Position numbers and translations under genes: made by a program. A stretch of 64,000 bases of DNA from Planctomycetia bacterium (GTDB taxonomy: Bacteria > Planctomycetota > UBA8108 > UBA1146): contig JAAXJX010000023.1 in the NCBI GenBank assembly GCA_012269595.1, positions 996 through 64,995 on the forward strand, read 5' to 3'. Below the pieces are notes generated by a model, which ran no database searches, was not told the DNA's origin, and worked only from the letters and a program-made list of their open reading frames with translations. Positions 38,664 through 48,555 of this stretch are shown here, one piece after another (within the stretch, counting starts at the first letter, position 1; each line of letters begins with the position of its first letter).

Positions 38664-39646
38664 CGCTGGCCTCCTCTCGCACCGGTCAGGCGCAGATACA
38701 CTTGCTCCAGTGTTTCACGGGATCTCTCGACGCTGACCAGCATGCCTCCTGCGGATTCAATCCCTGAAGTCAGTGCAGCAATGTCGGGTGTTCCCGCGCC
38801 CTTCCATGCATGCACCGTATCTCCCGGTGCTCCGGAGATTCCCTGGCCGAGGCCCAGATTTCCACAGGCGTCGTCGTCGAGGGCCTTGCCCGCAATCACG
38901 ACCTGCCAACCCCCCTGCTCATCTCCCGTCAACTCTTCAGGGGTGCCATCCGCAATGAGACGCCCCGAGTTGATGACGATGATACGAGTACAGATGGCGG
39001 CGATCTCCTGAAGAATGTGAGTACTGAAGATGATCGCCCTCTCCTTGGCCAGGTCGGTGATCAGATCCCTGACCTCGATGATCTGACGTGGATCCAGTCC
39101 ATTCGTCGGCTCATCGAGAATCACCACTTCCGGATCATGGATCAGCGCCTGAGCAAGACCGACCCGCTGACGGAAACCCTTTGAAAGAGTTCCGCAGCGA
39201 CGGCGCAGCATCGGGCTGAGGCTGAGACGATCCGCAAGGCTGGCGATCCGGTCTTCAAGATCCCGGCCCGACAACCCGCGAGCTCCGCCGATGAAGCGCA
39301 GGTAATCGATCACTTCCATCTCGTCATAGAGTGGAATGCTCTCGGGAAGGAAACCGAATCCCTGACGGGCACTTTGCGGATCCTCACTGATTTCGGTCCC
39401 CTTGATGCGGGCTTCACCGCGATCGGGGGCAATCAGTCCAGTGATCATTCTCAGGGTCGTGCTCTTGCCGGCTCCGTTGGGGCCGAGGAAACCGAGAATT
39501 TCTCCGCGGTGAACATTGAAGGAGACATCGTCCACAGCCAGAGTCGCACCAAAAGTGCGACGCAAGCCTTTGGCTTCGATGAGGGGTGCCAGATTCCCCG
39601 GCGAACGAGTCGGTGCCGGAGAATCGACTGGGAGTTCCGTCGACAT
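38660..39646 (-). CDS. ABC transporter ATP-binding protein (GldA-like)
   Basis: Walker A GPNGAGKSTT, signature LSKGFRQRV, Walker B ILDEPT. Confidence 0.9.
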   Translation of the reverse strand: MSTELPVDSPAPTRSPGNLAPLIEAKGLRRTFGATLAVDDVSFNVHRGEILGFLGPNGAGKSTTLRMITGLIAPDRGEARIKGTEISEDPQSARQGFGFLPESIPLYDEMEVIDYLRFIGGARGLSGRDLEDRIASLADRLSLSPMLRRRCGTLSKGFRQRVGLAQALIHDPEVVILDEPTNGLDPRQIIEVRDLITDLAKERAIIFSTHILQEIAAICTRIIVINSGRLIADGTPEELTGDEQGGWQVVIAGKALDDDACGNLGLGQGISGAPGDTVHAWKGAGTPDIAALTSGIESAGGMLVSVERSRETLEQVYLRLTGARGGQR

Positions 39647-39746
39647 GGAGGGACTCTTCCTTTCAGCAAAACAGACCCATCAAAGGGCCTCTTCGAGTGC
39701 CACAGGATGAAAGAAAGAGTGGTCTAAAATCAAGTGTTCCCGGGTG

Positions 39747-40229
39747 TTACGTGACCCACTTCTGCAGTTCTGACAGGTTTCGGATATCACGACCATAGAG
39801 CAACGCCCTGGCCCCCACCCGTTTGGCCTCAACCAGATTGGCCACCGCGTCATCCACCAGAAGCACTTCTTTGGGTGAGATCACCACTCCAAGCCTCTTG
39901 TGAATCTCGGCAAGGATCTCGAGGATCGCTTCACCCTTTTCCTGTAATCCATAGCGGGGATAAAAAAAGCGGTCGCGAATCCCGAAGATTTCGAGGACTT
40001 CGTTGCTCGTGTCCTCCGGGGATCGGCAAACCAGGGAGACGAGACCTCCGCTTCGGTGGATCGCACGCAACAGCTTGCGGATCCCCGGTCTCAGTTCAAC
40101 CGTGGACTTCTCACTGCGTGCAAGATGGGAGCCTTCCAACTCAAAGGGGCCCTCGAAAGGATCCACTCCCTCCTGATCGACACTCCACAGGGTTTCGTCG
40201 AGATCAAAAACGAAGAGACGAAACGACAT
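39747..40229 (-). CDS. HAD-superfamily phosphatase, magnesium-dependent phosphatase-1 (MDP-1)-like
   Basis: FDLDETLW motif I, small 160-aa capless HAD. Confidence 0.6.
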   Translation of the reverse strand: MSFRLFVFDLDETLWSVDQEGVDPFEGPFELEGSHLARSEKSTVELRPGIRKLLRAIHRSGGLVSLVCRSPEDTSNEVLEIFGIRDRFFYPRYGLQEKGEAILEILAEIHKRLGVVISPKEVLLVDDAVANLVEAKRVGARALLYGRDIRNLSELQKWVT

Positions 40230-40375
40230 CGGATCCCCCTTCCGGCATGGCCGAAAAGGTCCTGTTACTCAGGGATCCTGAAAATCGCTGGCATGAAGGA
40301 TGGTATTCCGGCTTTATCCTGTGGAATCCGGATCAGGATTCCTGTCGGACCGGTTTTTCAAATCCGAAGGAAAGC

Positions 40376-40894
40376 CTAGAGGGTAAAGCCCTGGTCGTAG
40401 GTGTCATCTTCCTGAACAGATGCTTCTGACTGCTCGACCCAACTGCGGGTCCCCGGACTCAGGTAGACTTCGACATGCTCGAAGACCTGGCCATGAAGCA
40501 TTTCGGAAAGACGATTCTGGGCGCGCAGTTCACAGGACTGCTGACGCAGTTCATCGCGAAGGTAACGGAACCGCAGAGCCACATCTTCTTCCACGTGTGG
40601 AACCAGATCCTCCACCGTCCACTCGGAAGGCACATCGAGACCGAGGGCATCACCGAGTTCCTCACCGATGATCAGGCGCTGGCGCTCCTCATCGATCATG
40701 CGTGAGAGAATGCGGTACTCACGGTTCCCGTGCTGGGCGACGGCGTCGTAATCGGCCTGCATGCGGGCCTCGTCCAGATCGACCATCACCTGGCCCAACT
40801 CCTCGTGCAGCTGGTGCAGGCGATCCATGATCCCGGAGAGTTCACCCGCCAACTGGCGGATTTCCACTTTCTGGCGCTGATCGTCGTTCAACAT
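40376..40894 (-). CDS. Hypothetical acidic alpha-helical protein (no family recognised)
   Basis: 172-aa ORF with coding-like composition; no motif I can name. Confidence 0.4.
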   Translation of the reverse strand: MLNDDQRQKVEIRQLAGELSGIMDRLHQLHEELGQVMVDLDEARMQADYDAVAQHGNREYRILSRMIDEERQRLIIGEELGDALGLDVPSEWTVEDLVPHVEEDVALRFRYLRDELRQQSCELRAQNRLSEMLHGQVFEHVEVYLSPGTRSWVEQSEASVQEDDTYDQGFTL

Positions 40895-41082
40895 CGTCTT
40901 CCATGCCTTTCGGGGGCTCTTCTGATAGGGATGACATCGGCCGTTGAGGGGTCCGACTGGAGGATTCTCCGAAATTTCCCTGAAATTGGCTGAAGAAGGC
41001 GATCTGGAGGGGTTCCGACACCCCTGAGGCGGTGACAGGTCCGATTGCCGGGGATCCCGGAAAGCGTTACGGTTCGACAGAT

Positions 41083-41164
41083 GGGCGGGTGGCGGAACTG
41101 GCAGACGCGCCAGATTTAGGTTCTGGTCCCGAAAGGGGTGGGGGTTCGATTCCCCCCTCGCTCA
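41083..41164 (+). tRNA. tRNA-Leu, anticodon TAG (class II with long variable arm; CCA not encoded)
   Basis: Cloverleaf folded by hand: acceptor GGGCGGG/CTCGCTC (2 GU), D-arm GCG-GAACTGGCAGA-CGC, anticodon stem CCAGA/TCTGG with loop TTTAGGT, variable arm CCC-GAAA-GGG, T-arm GGGGG-TTCGATT-CCCCC, discriminator A. Confidence 0.8.
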
Positions 41165-41202
41165 TTCTCTTTCTTTCCCGTCCTGTCGGTCGCACGGGAT
41201 GC

Positions 41203-42390
41203 CTACGACCCGTTTGCGGAAGCCAACTCCTCCAGAGCAGCGCACACCGGGTCGATAACCTCCGCATTCGTCTCCTCACCGGGAGCGATACGCAGGGTCC
41301 CCCCCGCTTCGAGGGTTCCCAGATGTTGATGGGCCAGGGGAGCACACTGCAATCCGGAACGGCAACGCACTCCCAGACGGACATCCAATTCTGCGGCCAG
41401 CTCTTCTGGCCGCTTTCCGGAAACATGCAACGGGATCACCGGAGTTCGGGGAGCGGTCCCCGTCTCGCCGGGGATCTCTACCCCGGGGATGCTTTGCAGT
41501 GCCTCGACCCACTTCTGTCGTTGGGCATGACCGGCACTGAAGCGATCACTGACCGCATGGTCATCGAAAAACTCGAGGGCCTTGGCGAGACCGGCGATGC
41601 CGGGAAGATTCGGTGTCCCCGATTCAAAACGACCCGGGCCCGATTCGGGAACTTTGGGCAAGGCACTGTCGATGCCATTGCCACCGATCCACAACGGTTC
41701 CGGTTCGTAACCGGGAGCCATCCAACAGGGACCGATGCCCGGAGGCCCACCCAGATGTTTGTGGCCCGCCATCGTATAGGCCTTCAGCCCGGGACAACGG
41801 GAAACGGAAAAGGGAACCAGACCAGCGGCCTGTGCACCATCGACGATGAAAGGGATTCCATGTTGGTGGCACCACGCCCCGACCTCTTCCACCGGTTGTA
41901 AAATGCCGGTGACATTGCTGGCGTGCTGGAGTACGACGCCGACGACACGGGAAGCATCGATCTCGGTCAGGCGATCGGGGATCACTCGACCAGCCGCATC
42001 GGATGGCAGAAAACTCACCCGGTCCTCTCCTCCGACGCGCACCGCCGGGCGCCAGACCGCGTTGTGCTCGAGAACTCCCAAGTACATTCGGGATTCCGGG
42101 TCACTGCCCGTGAGCAGATCCCCCACCAGAGTCGAAAGGGCGAGGGTCGAGGAGGGAAAAAGACTGATCCGCTGGTCGTCGACCGCTCCCAACAGATCGG
42201 CGAGTCGCCCGCGGCAGTCGCCGACCAGATCTCCGGCGGCCCGTGCCCCTGCGTGCCCCCCACGACCGACACTGCCTGCGACTTCGAGGGCCTGCAGCAT
42301 CGCCTCGGCCACTCCGGGATGTCGGGGATAGGCGGTGGCAGCATGGTCGAGATAGATCACGGCGACTCCCTTTCTGATTTCAGGATCCAT
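41203..42390 (-). CDS. Aminotransferase class V / cysteine desulfurase family protein
   Basis: LDHAATA, PLP lysine in HKHLGGPPGIG, overall SufS/NifS-like layout. Confidence 0.8.
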   Translation of the reverse strand: MDPEIRKGVAVIYLDHAATAYPRHPGVAEAMLQALEVAGSVGRGGHAGARAAGDLVGDCRGRLADLLGAVDDQRISLFPSSTLALSTLVGDLLTGSDPESRMYLGVLEHNAVWRPAVRVGGEDRVSFLPSDAAGRVIPDRLTEIDASRVVGVVLQHASNVTGILQPVEEVGAWCHQHGIPFIVDGAQAAGLVPFSVSRCPGLKAYTMAGHKHLGGPPGIGPCWMAPGYEPEPLWIGGNGIDSALPKVPESGPGRFESGTPNLPGIAGLAKALEFFDDHAVSDRFSAGHAQRQKWVEALQSIPGVEIPGETGTAPRTPVIPLHVSGKRPEELAAELDVRLGVRCRSGLQCAPLAHQHLGTLEAGGTLRIAPGEETNAEVIDPVCAALEELASANGS

Positions 42391-42502
42391 GCTATCGCTG
42401 TTGCCTCAAGCAGAAAACCGTCACCGCATACGGAAGAACCCCTTTCCTTCTTGCCCCCGGTCTCCGCTGAAGTCACCATCCCGTTTGGGGAAGGGAGACA
42501 TC

Positions 42503-43120
42503 ATGTCCCGATCGATGCGACAGTGGCGACCGGAAGATCTCGACAAGGCGGGTCGCTATCACCTGATGACCGCATGCGTGGTTCCACGACCCATCGCATG
42601 GACTTCCACCGTCTCGAAAGACGGCACCACCAATCTCGCCCCCTTCAGCTTCTTTGGTGGAGTCAGCAGTGATCCCTGGACTGTGATGCTCAGTGTGGGA
42701 CGTCGCCGCGATGGCTCCCACAAGGATACTTCGCGCAACATCCTCGAATCGGGTGAAGCGGTGATCCACATCTCTACCCGGGAAAATGAACAGTGGATGG
42801 TTGCCAGCAGTGCGGGACTCGATCCGGATCAAAGTGAAATCGATCATCTGCAGATCGCCACCGAGCCCGCCATCGAAGTTGCTCCCCCCCGTGTTGCCGA
42901 TGCGGCCATCGCCCTTGAAGCCAGGCGGGTTCACCATCAGGAAGTGGGCCGTACTCCCGTGGACATGTTCCTGCTGGAAGTGGTCCACGTTCATATCGCT
43001 GAAGATGTCCTTGAGGGTGATCTTCCTGACGGAGCCAAACTGGGTGCGGTGGGACGCCTGGGCGGAACCGGATACTGCACCACTGACCAGACCTACGAAA
43101 TCGACCGGCCCCGGGAATGA
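42503..43120 (+). CDS. Flavin reductase-like (FMN-binding split barrel) protein
   Basis: LMTACVVPRPIAWTSTVSKDGTTNLAPFSFF matches the flavin_reduct domain; GGGAAGGGAGA Shine-Dalgarno before the ATG at 42503. Confidence 0.7.
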   Translation: MSRSMRQWRPEDLDKAGRYHLMTACVVPRPIAWTSTVSKDGTTNLAPFSFFGGVSSDPWTVMLSVGRRRDGSHKDTSRNILESGEAVIHISTRENEQWMVASSAGLDPDQSEIDHLQIATEPAIEVAPPRVADAAIALEARRVHHQEVGRTPVDMFLLEVVHVHIAEDVLEGDLPDGAKLGAVGRLGGTGYCTTDQTYEIDRPRE

Positions 43121-43812
43121 ATTACAGCTGTCTGCCATCACGGGTCGTGGGTCTGTTGACGATACTGGGTCTGTTGCTCCTGGTGTCTTGCCAACAGGGC
43201 GGTCGCTTTGAAGGTCCCGCTCCCGGTGAGGTGGTCCCCATCGAAGATCCCTGTGAGACTTCACCGGAGACGGTCTACCCCCCGCAGTACCCGCTGACCC
43301 TTCTCATCGCAGAAGCCGGAATCGTCATCGATCCACTGATTCCGATCCTCCCCGAAGGCAACATCTGCCTTCCCTATCAGTACTCCATCGATCCGCCCCT
43401 TCCGGATGGACTGGTTCTCAATCCGGCGAGTGGTCGCATCTATGGGGCTCCGCTCTTTGCGGATTCCGTGACGAATCACACCATCACGACCCAGTTTCCC
43501 ATCGAGTCCTCTACCTCTTCCCTGCAAATCATCATTCCCGATGCTCCCCCGGCCTTCGAGTACCCCAGTGCAAGCATCGAATTGGATCCCCTCGAACAAT
43601 TCTGGATGGTGCCCCTGCAACTGCCCGGTTCCGGTGCGGTCGAGATCTGGTCCAGCCCCACGGACGACGCTCCCATCGGTGCTTTCCAACTCAATGCACA
43701 GAACGGCACCCTGACTCTTCACGGAGTCGGTGATTACTGGATCACCGTCGTCGGCCTCAACGCCTCCGGTGAAGACACCTTTACGATCCAGGTCGAAACC
43801 GTCTCCCCCTGA
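43117..43812 (+). CDS. Lipoprotein with putative Ig-like (He_PIG-type) domains
   Basis: lipobox LLVSC; PLPDGLVLNPASGRIYGAP motif typical of the putative Ig domain; ATGA overlap with the upstream gene. Confidence 0.55.
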   Translation: MNYSCLPSRVVGLLTILGLLLLVSCQQGGRFEGPAPGEVVPIEDPCETSPETVYPPQYPLTLLIAEAGIVIDPLIPILPEGNICLPYQYSIDPPLPDGLVLNPASGRIYGAPLFADSVTNHTITTQFPIESSTSSLQIIIPDAPPAFEYPSASIELDPLEQFWMVPLQLPGSGAVEIWSSPTDDAPIGAFQLNAQNGTLTLHGVGDYWITVVGLNASGEDTFTIQVETVSP

Positions 43813-43882
43813 TCCGATCTGCGAGCAGATATGGCGTGGGAAGGATTCAGCGTCTAACATCCGGATTGGAAAGAGAGATCCC

Positions 43883-44701
43883 ATGGCCATGATTCCCCTT
43901 CTTTTCTGTTGCCTGCCCTTCATCGGCGGTCAACCCGTCGAATCAGCCCAACCGGCAGGCGCGACCCCGGTCACTTCAGTGCTCGTCTTCAGCAAGACCG
44001 GAGGCTTCCGCCATGGCAGCATTCCCCAAGGTCAGAAAGCCCTGAAGGCCATCGGTGAGAAGCACGGCTTCCGTGTCGAGACCACCGAGGATTCGGGCCG
44101 TTTCAATGAAACCGAATTAAAAAAGCATCAGGTCATTATCTTCCTGAACACCACCGGTGACATTCTCGATGCCGGGCAGCAAACCGCATTCGAAGGCTAC
44201 CTCCGATCCGGCGGTGGTTACGTGGGGATCCACGCGGCCAGTGACACCGAATACGACTGGCCCTTTTACGGCAAGGTGGTCGGGGCCTACTTCGCCGGAC
44301 ATCCGGCAGTGCAACCCGCCAAAATCCGCATTGAAGATTCGTCTCATCCGGCCACTTCATTTCTGCCAAAAATCTGGGAGCGCACCGATGAGTGGTACAA
44401 CTTCCGTGAGTTTCCGAAACATGTGAAGGTGCTCGCCTGGCTCGACACCGACAGTTACCAGGGATCTTCGATGCCCGGGAAACATCCGGCGATCTGGTGT
44501 CACGACATCGATCTGGGCCGAGCCTTTTACACCGTGGGTGGCCACACCGATGCGACCTTTGAGGAACCGCTTTTCCGTCAGCACATGGCAGGAGCGATCT
44601 ACTGGGCCGCGGGTCACGACGACTGGAAACCTTCCCAAAGCGAAAAGAAACCTGAAAAGAAATCCCCCACCCCCGAGAAAAAAGAAAAGAGCGGAGCCTG
44701 A
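43883..44701 (+). CDS. ThuA-like (class-I glutamine-amidotransferase-like) secreted protein
   Basis: VLVFSKTGGFRHGSIP ... GGGYVGIHAASDTEY ... HPAIWCHD ... GGHTDATFEEPLF match the ThuA domain consensus. Confidence 0.75.
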   Translation: MAMIPLLFCCLPFIGGQPVESAQPAGATPVTSVLVFSKTGGFRHGSIPQGQKALKAIGEKHGFRVETTEDSGRFNETELKKHQVIIFLNTTGDILDAGQQTAFEGYLRSGGGYVGIHAASDTEYDWPFYGKVVGAYFAGHPAVQPAKIRIEDSSHPATSFLPKIWERTDEWYNFREFPKHVKVLAWLDTDSYQGSSMPGKHPAIWCHDIDLGRAFYTVGGHTDATFEEPLFRQHMAGAIYWAAGHDDWKPSQSEKKPEKKSPTPEKKEKSGA

Positions 44702-44702
44702 G

Positions 44703-46082
44703 ATGAACCGCATCGAAGACCAGACCCTGATTTCCCTGAACCCGGCCACCGGTGAAGAGGTCGGCCGACTGCCGATCACCCCGGTGGATGAGATTCCCGC
44801 CATCGTTGCCCGTGCCCGCGAGGCCCAGGTCGAGTGGGGACAGATGTCCCTGCAGGATCGGGCGGATGCCATCCGTCCTTTCGGAGCCGCCCTCGCCGAG
44901 GCCGCCGAAGAGGTGGGAACACTGCTGACCCGTGAGATGGGCAAGCCTTTGCCGCAGGGCATCGGCGAGGCGCGCAGTTGTGGGGAATCCATCGACCGCA
45001 CCCTCGACGGCATGATCGAAGCGTTGACCCCGGAGCCGATGGAAGACGCCAACATTGCATCGACGATGGTCTTCGATCCCCTCGGTGTCTGTGCCGGCAT
45101 CACTCCCTGGAACTTCCCGCTGTCGATGCCGCACTGGACCGTCATGCCCGCACTGATGGCGGGCAACAGTGTCATCCTCAAGCCGTCTGAAAAGACCCCC
45201 CTCGTCGCCCAGGCCTACGCCGATCTGCTGATGCCATTCCTCCCGGAAGGGGTCCTGCAGGTGATGCATGGCGATGGAGATCAGGGTAAAGCGCTGGTGC
45301 AGGCGGACGTGAACCTCATCGCCTTCACCGGATCCCGGGATACGGGAGCCCATATCCTCGAGGCTGCAGGCAGCAGTCTGAAGCGGGTGATCCTCGAGCT
45401 CGGTGGCAAGGATCCGCTGATCGTTCTCGACGATGCGGACATCGAGGCTGCAGCCCAGTTCGCCGCCGCCAACTCCTTCCGCAATGCCGGTCAGGTCTGT
45501 GTCAGCACCGAGCGTATCTACGTCCAGCCGCAGGTCGCCGATGCCTTCCGCGACCGCCTCGTCGAACTGGCGAAGGAAGTCAAGGTCGGCGATGGCTGTG
45601 ACGACGGCATCGAGGTCGGTCCGATGATCGACGGCGGTCAAAAGGCCCACGTCGAGAAGCAACTCGCCAGTGCCATCAGTGACGGAGCCCAGGTGGCGTT
45701 CCAGAGTGATGACCTCGGCGGCAATTACCATCCGCTGACGGTCCTCGATGGCTGTCAGGAAGAGATGGAAATCATCCGCGAAGAGACCTTTGGTCCCATC
45801 GCCTGCCTGATGCAGGTCGAGGACGATGCGGAAGCGGTCGTCCGTGCCAACAACACCCCTTATGGACTCGGAGCATCCATCTTCGGCAGCTCGGAGAGGG
45901 CGCACCAGATCGCCCGTCAGATGACCGCCGGCATGGTCGGCATCAACAAGGGCTGTGGAGGTGCCAGCGGCACCCCCTGGGTCGGCGCCCGCCAGTCCGG
46001 CTACGGCTTCCACTCCGGCCGCGATGGTCACCGCCAGTTCGCGCAACTGCGGGTGATCAGCGAAATGCAGCCGGAAGCCTAG
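44703..46082 (+). CDS. NAD(P)-dependent aldehyde dehydrogenase
   Basis: ITPWNFP, catalytic Cys in NAGQVCVSTERIYV, Glu in ELGGKDP. Confidence 0.9.
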   Translation: MNRIEDQTLISLNPATGEEVGRLPITPVDEIPAIVARAREAQVEWGQMSLQDRADAIRPFGAALAEAAEEVGTLLTREMGKPLPQGIGEARSCGESIDRTLDGMIEALTPEPMEDANIASTMVFDPLGVCAGITPWNFPLSMPHWTVMPALMAGNSVILKPSEKTPLVAQAYADLLMPFLPEGVLQVMHGDGDQGKALVQADVNLIAFTGSRDTGAHILEAAGSSLKRVILELGGKDPLIVLDDADIEAAAQFAAANSFRNAGQVCVSTERIYVQPQVADAFRDRLVELAKEVKVGDGCDDGIEVGPMIDGGQKAHVEKQLASAISDGAQVAFQSDDLGGNYHPLTVLDGCQEEMEIIREETFGPIACLMQVEDDAEAVVRANNTPYGLGASIFGSSERAHQIARQMTAGMVGINKGCGGASGTPWVGARQSGYGFHSGRDGHRQFAQLRVISEMQPEA

Positions 46083-46105
46083 GATCACAACGAAGCAAAA
46101 TGAAA

Positions 46106-46146
46106 GCGGGTCGAAGCCTGTGCTTCGACCCGCTTCCCTTTTTTGG
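46106..46146 (+). terminator. Rho-independent terminator of the aldehyde dehydrogenase gene (12-bp perfect stem GCGGGTCGAAGC / GCTTCGACCCGC, loop CTGT, then TTCCCTTTTTTGGG)
   Basis: seen directly. Confidence 0.7.
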
Positions 46147-46148
46147 GT

Positions 46149-46835
46149 TCACTGGACCATGCGGAATTCGCCAGAGTTGTGGGCGGCGATATTCTCGAAG
46201 AGCCAGAGAGCGGTCTCCCACGGTTCACCGATAAACAGGGTATCGATGGAAACCTCTTCCCAGTTGGCGAGGAGGATGTTGGCGAGGGCCTCTTCATTGG
46301 CTTCTTCACCGAAGAATCCACATCCCTGAGCCCCGTCCCCGAGGAGGATCAGCCGGCGGCTTTCGGGCAGGATCAGCGAAGTCCTCAGGATATCGAGACC
46401 ATGGATGGTGCCGATATCGATGCAGGTGCCCCCATTCGCCACCAGGGTATTCACCCATGCAACGCCGGCAACCTTGTTCGGGACCGTCGCCTTCTCCATG
46501 ACGATGCTGAACTGGTTCAGATTGGAACTGAAAGCGACGATGCCAAATTCGGCCTGCCCGGAGAGGCTCATCAGCGCCTGGGACAACTCCTCCTGAGCTG
46601 ATTCCAATTTGCCTTCAGCAGCCATCGAACCGCTGGTGTCGATGACGAACATGAAGGCGTCTCCTTCATACTCACCACCAAAGAACTCGATGGTTTCCGG
46701 ATACTCTTCCGCATCTTCCTGCGGTCCCTTGCCTCCGGAAGGCAGATCGAGGGGACGACGACTGGGCAGTTCTGCCGACAGCTCCGCCGCCATCATCATC
46801 AAAGATCCCAACAACAATACAAACACGCGCAACAT
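46149..46835 (-). CDS. Secreted von Willebrand factor type A (VWA) domain protein. The tracked ORF extends to 46904; the ATG at 46835 gives the signal peptide MLRVFVLLLGSLMMMAA.
   Basis: MIDAS motif DTSGSM, ...GGT.I..G ; VWA fold-like alternation. Confidence 0.65.
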   Translation of the reverse strand: MLRVFVLLLGSLMMMAAELSAELPSRRPLDLPSGGKGPQEDAEEYPETIEFFGGEYEGDAFMFVIDTSGSMAAEGKLESAQEELSQALMSLSGQAEFGIVAFSSNLNQFSIVMEKATVPNKVAGVAWVNTLVANGGTCIDIGTIHGLDILRTSLILPESRRLILLGDGAQGCGFFGEEANEEALANILLANWEEVSIDTLFIGEPWETALWLFENIAAHNSGEFRMVQ

Positions 46836-46989
46836 GATTCCCCATTCCCCACCTCCTCCAGCAGGGACCCGGGTTGTCGAAAGACGGATGGCTTGCCTGG
46901 GCAAGTCCGGATTTCTTTCTGTCTTGGGCGGAGTGGGTCACGGTGTGAGCGCGCAAAAAATAGGCGGAACGAATTCGCGCTTCTCACCA

Positions 46990-47220
46990 CTGTTCCTATC
47001 GGCGTGATTTCTGTCCTTCTGGAGAAGAAACCTCAAAACCCCCAAAAAGGGTTCCCGAGCAGGGATAAAAAAGGAAATGGACAGGGTTCAAATCGGGCAG
47101 GAGTGTAGACGAAGGGACAGTATTCTATTTTTTATAAATCCGGAAAATCTCCGAAATATTTTACGAAACCCGGCCCTTCCCGGCCTGGCTCAAACAATAG
47201 ATCAAACTCCTACAGGCAAC
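46990..47220. promoter_or_regulatory. About 230-bp AT-rich non-coding island between the apgM 3' end and the VWA gene 5' end; contains structured inverted repeats (GTGAGCGCGC...CGCGCTTCTCAC)
   Basis: composition shift and absence of any ORF with coding character. Confidence 0.3.
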
Positions 47221-47224
47221 CTGT

Positions 47225-48475
47225 TCATGCGCCGTACTTGTCCAGCCGATTCGCATGGGCCAATAGCAACGGCATTAGTTCCGGGCCGGCGATGAGGTTG
47301 ATGTCGCCGTTCATGCAGTTGCGTTCGCCGAAGGTGGAGTCGGGTTGGGGCAGGGCTCTTTTGGAATGAACCAGCAGCGGCACTGCGTGCCAGGAATGTT
47401 CTTCCATGATGGTCGGGGTTGAGTGATCGCCGGTGATGGCGATGACATCGAGCCCGCATTCGAGGAAGGCGGGCAGGGCGGCATCGAAGGCTTCGATGGC
47501 GGCGACCTTCGATTCGAAATCGCCGGAATGGCCCGCCGTATCCGGATCCTTGTGATGGACGAAGACGAAATCGAAGTCCTCGGCGATGGCAGCCTTGACC
47601 GCCTCCACCTGATCGGCGAGGCCACGACCCGCATCCCGTGGCTGCATGCCAACGAGACGGGCGACCCCGCGGTACATCGGATACACCGCCAGAGCCGCAG
47701 CATGAAGCTGGAAGCGTTCGGCGAAACCCGGCACATGAGGGCGTGACGAAAATCCCCGCAGCAGGGCACTGTTCGCCGCCGCCTCCCCCGCCAGACACTG
47801 CTGTGCCTTCGCCAGCCAATCACCGGCGATGGCGGCGGTGGTTTCGGATGCGGCATCCTCACCGGCAAAGGGCAGGGCGCTCTTGCCGGTGACCTGGGGA
47901 TCGTTGTCGTTGACCCGTGCACCGAGATCCTGGGCGGTGGCGATCCATGTGAAGCGATGCTGCTTGCCGGGGATCAGTTCGATAGTGACGCCATCGACAG
48001 AGACCTCTTCCGTCAACTTGGCGCAGAGGCGCTGGCACTCATCATCGGATGGGCGACCGGCACGGCGATCCTGCACGAGGCCTTCGCCGTCGATGGTGCA
48101 GAAGTTACCGCGGGCGGCGATCTGTCCCGGCTCGAGGGCGTAATCACTGCCGAGGGCTTCGAGGAGACCACGGCCAAACTCCAGTTCGATGGGATCGATG
48201 CCAAAGAGGGACAGGTGCCCGGGGCCGGAACCGGGGGTCATGCCGGAAGGCAGCAGCTGCACCCGACCGAGGGATGACTTTTGCGAAAGTGCATCCATGT
48301 GGGGCGTGTTCGCCGCTTCCAGTTCGGTTTTTCCATGATCGGGGTGGGGCAGGCCACCGAGCCCATCGAGGACAAAGAGACCGATGCGTTCACCCACGGG
48401 TCGGCACAGTTGTGCGGGAATGGTCATGGGACCCCCTTCGGCCCGCATTGTCGGAGAGGAGATCGCCGTGGGCAA
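47225..48475 (-). CDS. apgM: 2,3-bisphosphoglycerate-independent phosphoglycerate mutase, archaeal type
   Basis: GLFVLDGLGG, ITGDHSTP and overall ApgM/alkaline-phosphatase-core layout; start may be an internal ATG (48427 or 48448). Confidence 0.85.
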   Translation of the reverse strand: MPTAISSPTMRAEGGPMTIPAQLCRPVGERIGLFVLDGLGGLPHPDHGKTELEAANTPHMDALSQKSSLGRVQLLPSGMTPGSGPGHLSLFGIDPIELEFGRGLLEALGSDYALEPGQIAARGNFCTIDGEGLVQDRRAGRPSDDECQRLCAKLTEEVSVDGVTIELIPGKQHRFTWIATAQDLGARVNDNDPQVTGKSALPFAGEDAASETTAAIAGDWLAKAQQCLAGEAAANSALLRGFSSRPHVPGFAERFQLHAAALAVYPMYRGVARLVGMQPRDAGRGLADQVEAVKAAIAEDFDFVFVHHKDPDTAGHSGDFESKVAAIEAFDAALPAFLECGLDVIAITGDHSTPTIMEEHSWHAVPLLVHSKRALPQPDSTFGERNCMNGDINLIAGPELMPLLLAHANRLDKYGA

Positions 48476-48555
48476 GGGCTCCCACTTTTCCCGCCGATGC
48501 GGTAGCCTCGCCCCTGTTCAACGATGATTCAGCGGTGAAACGAGGCGCACGAACG

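Noticed and set aside
44136-46088. 650-aa minus-strand ORF antisense to the aldehyde dehydrogenase gene
   Set aside because: It is Arg/Gly/Pro/His-rich and low-complexity, in the mirror frame of a well-supported gene. This is a typical high-GC shadow ORF.
40895-47000. Possible integrated element next to tRNA-Leu
   Set aside because: There is no integrase or recombinase, no direct repeat of the tRNA 3' end, and no compositional shift. The downstream genes are ordinary metabolic or surface proteins.
47202-47922. Two overlapping minus-strand ORFs (205 and 203 aa) in alternative frames of apgM
   Set aside because: They are extremely Arg/Pro/Ser-rich translations of the out-of-frame apgM sequence. 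The in-frame apgM product is a full-length, conserved enzyme.
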